From sequence record OR539220.1: a DNA stretch of 64,000 bases. The stretch is one strand, 5' to 3'. Shown here in pieces: positions 63,149-64,000 of this stretch (the stretch's first letter is position 1; each line of letters starts with the position of its first letter). Below the pieces are notes generated by a model. The model was not told the DNA's origin and made no database searches. It saw only the letters and a list, made by a program, of their open reading frames with translations. A program made the translations under genes and the position numbers. The DNA is from Escherichia phage vB-Eco-KMB40.

Positions 63149-64000
63149 ATGACTTTATTATCTCCGGGCATTGAGCTCAAAGAAACTACGGTTCAAAGCA
63201 CCGTGGTTAATAACTCTACTGGTACAGCAGCTTTGGCCGGTAAATTCCAGTGGGGTCCTGCTTTTCAGATTAAACAGGTTACAAATGAAGTAGATTTAGT
63301 TAATACTTTTGGTCAACCAACCGCTGAAACTGCTGACTATTTTATGTCTGCGATGAATTTCTTACAGTACGGAAATGACTTACGAGTAGTTCGTGCTGTT
63401 GATAGAGATACCGCTAAAAACTCATCTCCGATTGCTGGTAATATTGAATACACAATTTCTACCCCAGGTAGTAACTATGCAGTTGGAGATAAAATCACGG
63501 TCAAATATGTTTCAGATGATATTGAAACTGAAGGTAAAATTACTGAAGTAGACGCAGATGGAAAAATTAAGAAAATTAATATTCCTACTGCAAAAATTAT
63601 CGCTAAAGCGAAAGAAGTCGGTGAATATCCAACATTAGGTTCTAACTGGACTGCAGAAATTTCTTCATCTTCTTCCGGTTTAGCTGCAGTAATAACTCTT
63701 GGAAAAATTATTACTGATTCCGGTATTTTATTAGCTGAAATCGAGAGCGCTGAAACTGCTATGACAGCAGTTGATTTTCAGGCAAATCTTGAAAAATATG
63801 GAATTCCAGGAGTAGTAGCTCTCTATCCAGGCGAATTAGGCGATAAAATTGAAATTGAAATCGTATCTAAAGCTGACTATGCGAAAGGCGCTTCTGCATT
63901 ACTGCCAATTTATCCAGGTGGTGGTACTCGTGCATCTACTGCCAAGGCAGTATTTGGATATGGGCCGCAGACTGACTCACAGTACGCTATTATAGTTCGT
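63149..64000 (+). CDS. 18: tail sheath protein gp18, N-terminal 284 codons (continues beyond window)
   Basis: ATG at 63149 after AAAGAGG SD; open to window end (MTLLSPGIELKETTVQSTVVNNSTGTAALAG); follows gene 17. Confidence 0.9.
   Translation, partial: MTLLSPGIELKETTVQSTVVNNSTGTAALAGKFQWGPAFQIKQVTNEVDLVNTFGQPTAETADYFMSAMNFLQYGNDLRVVRAVDRDTAKNSSPIAGNIEYTISTPGSNYAVGDKITVKYVSDDIETEGKITEVDADGKIKKINIPTAKIIAKAKEVGEYPTLGSNWTAEISSSSSGLAAVITLGKIITDSGILLAEIESAETAMTAVDFQANLEKYGIPGVVALYPGELGDKIEIEIVSKADYAKGASALLPIYPGGGTRASTAKAVFGYGPQTDSQYAIIVR

Overview
This window is a contiguous segment of a T4-like (T-even, Tequatrovirus-type) virulent phage genome. About 42.5 kb of minus-strand early and middle genes is followed, across a divergent late-promoter junction between genes 4 and 53, by about 21 kb of plus-strand late structural genes. 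The early block runs from a Mob-like HNH endonuclease and gene 47 through a-gt, 55, nrdH/G/D, 49, nrdC, a long accessory stretch, rI, tk, regB, denV, e (lysozyme), nudE, an 11-gene tRNA cluster, internal-protein genes, 57B/57A and genes 1, 3, 2, 4. The late block is 53, 5, 5.1, 5.4, 6-12, wac, 13-17 and the start of 18. Named calls rest on motifs visible in the translations plus gene length and order recalled from T4; nothing was searched against a database, so T4 comparisons are from memory. The phage is close to but not identical with T4: it carries three extra tRNAs and the internal-protein loci are arranged differently. No single clearly novel system could be proven from sequence alone. 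The best candidates are four genes with capsid-targeting N-termini (possible injected anti-defence effectors), a macro-domain protein, a nucleotidyltransferase next to a P-loop ATPase, and a gene split by a perfect 55-bp tandem duplication.
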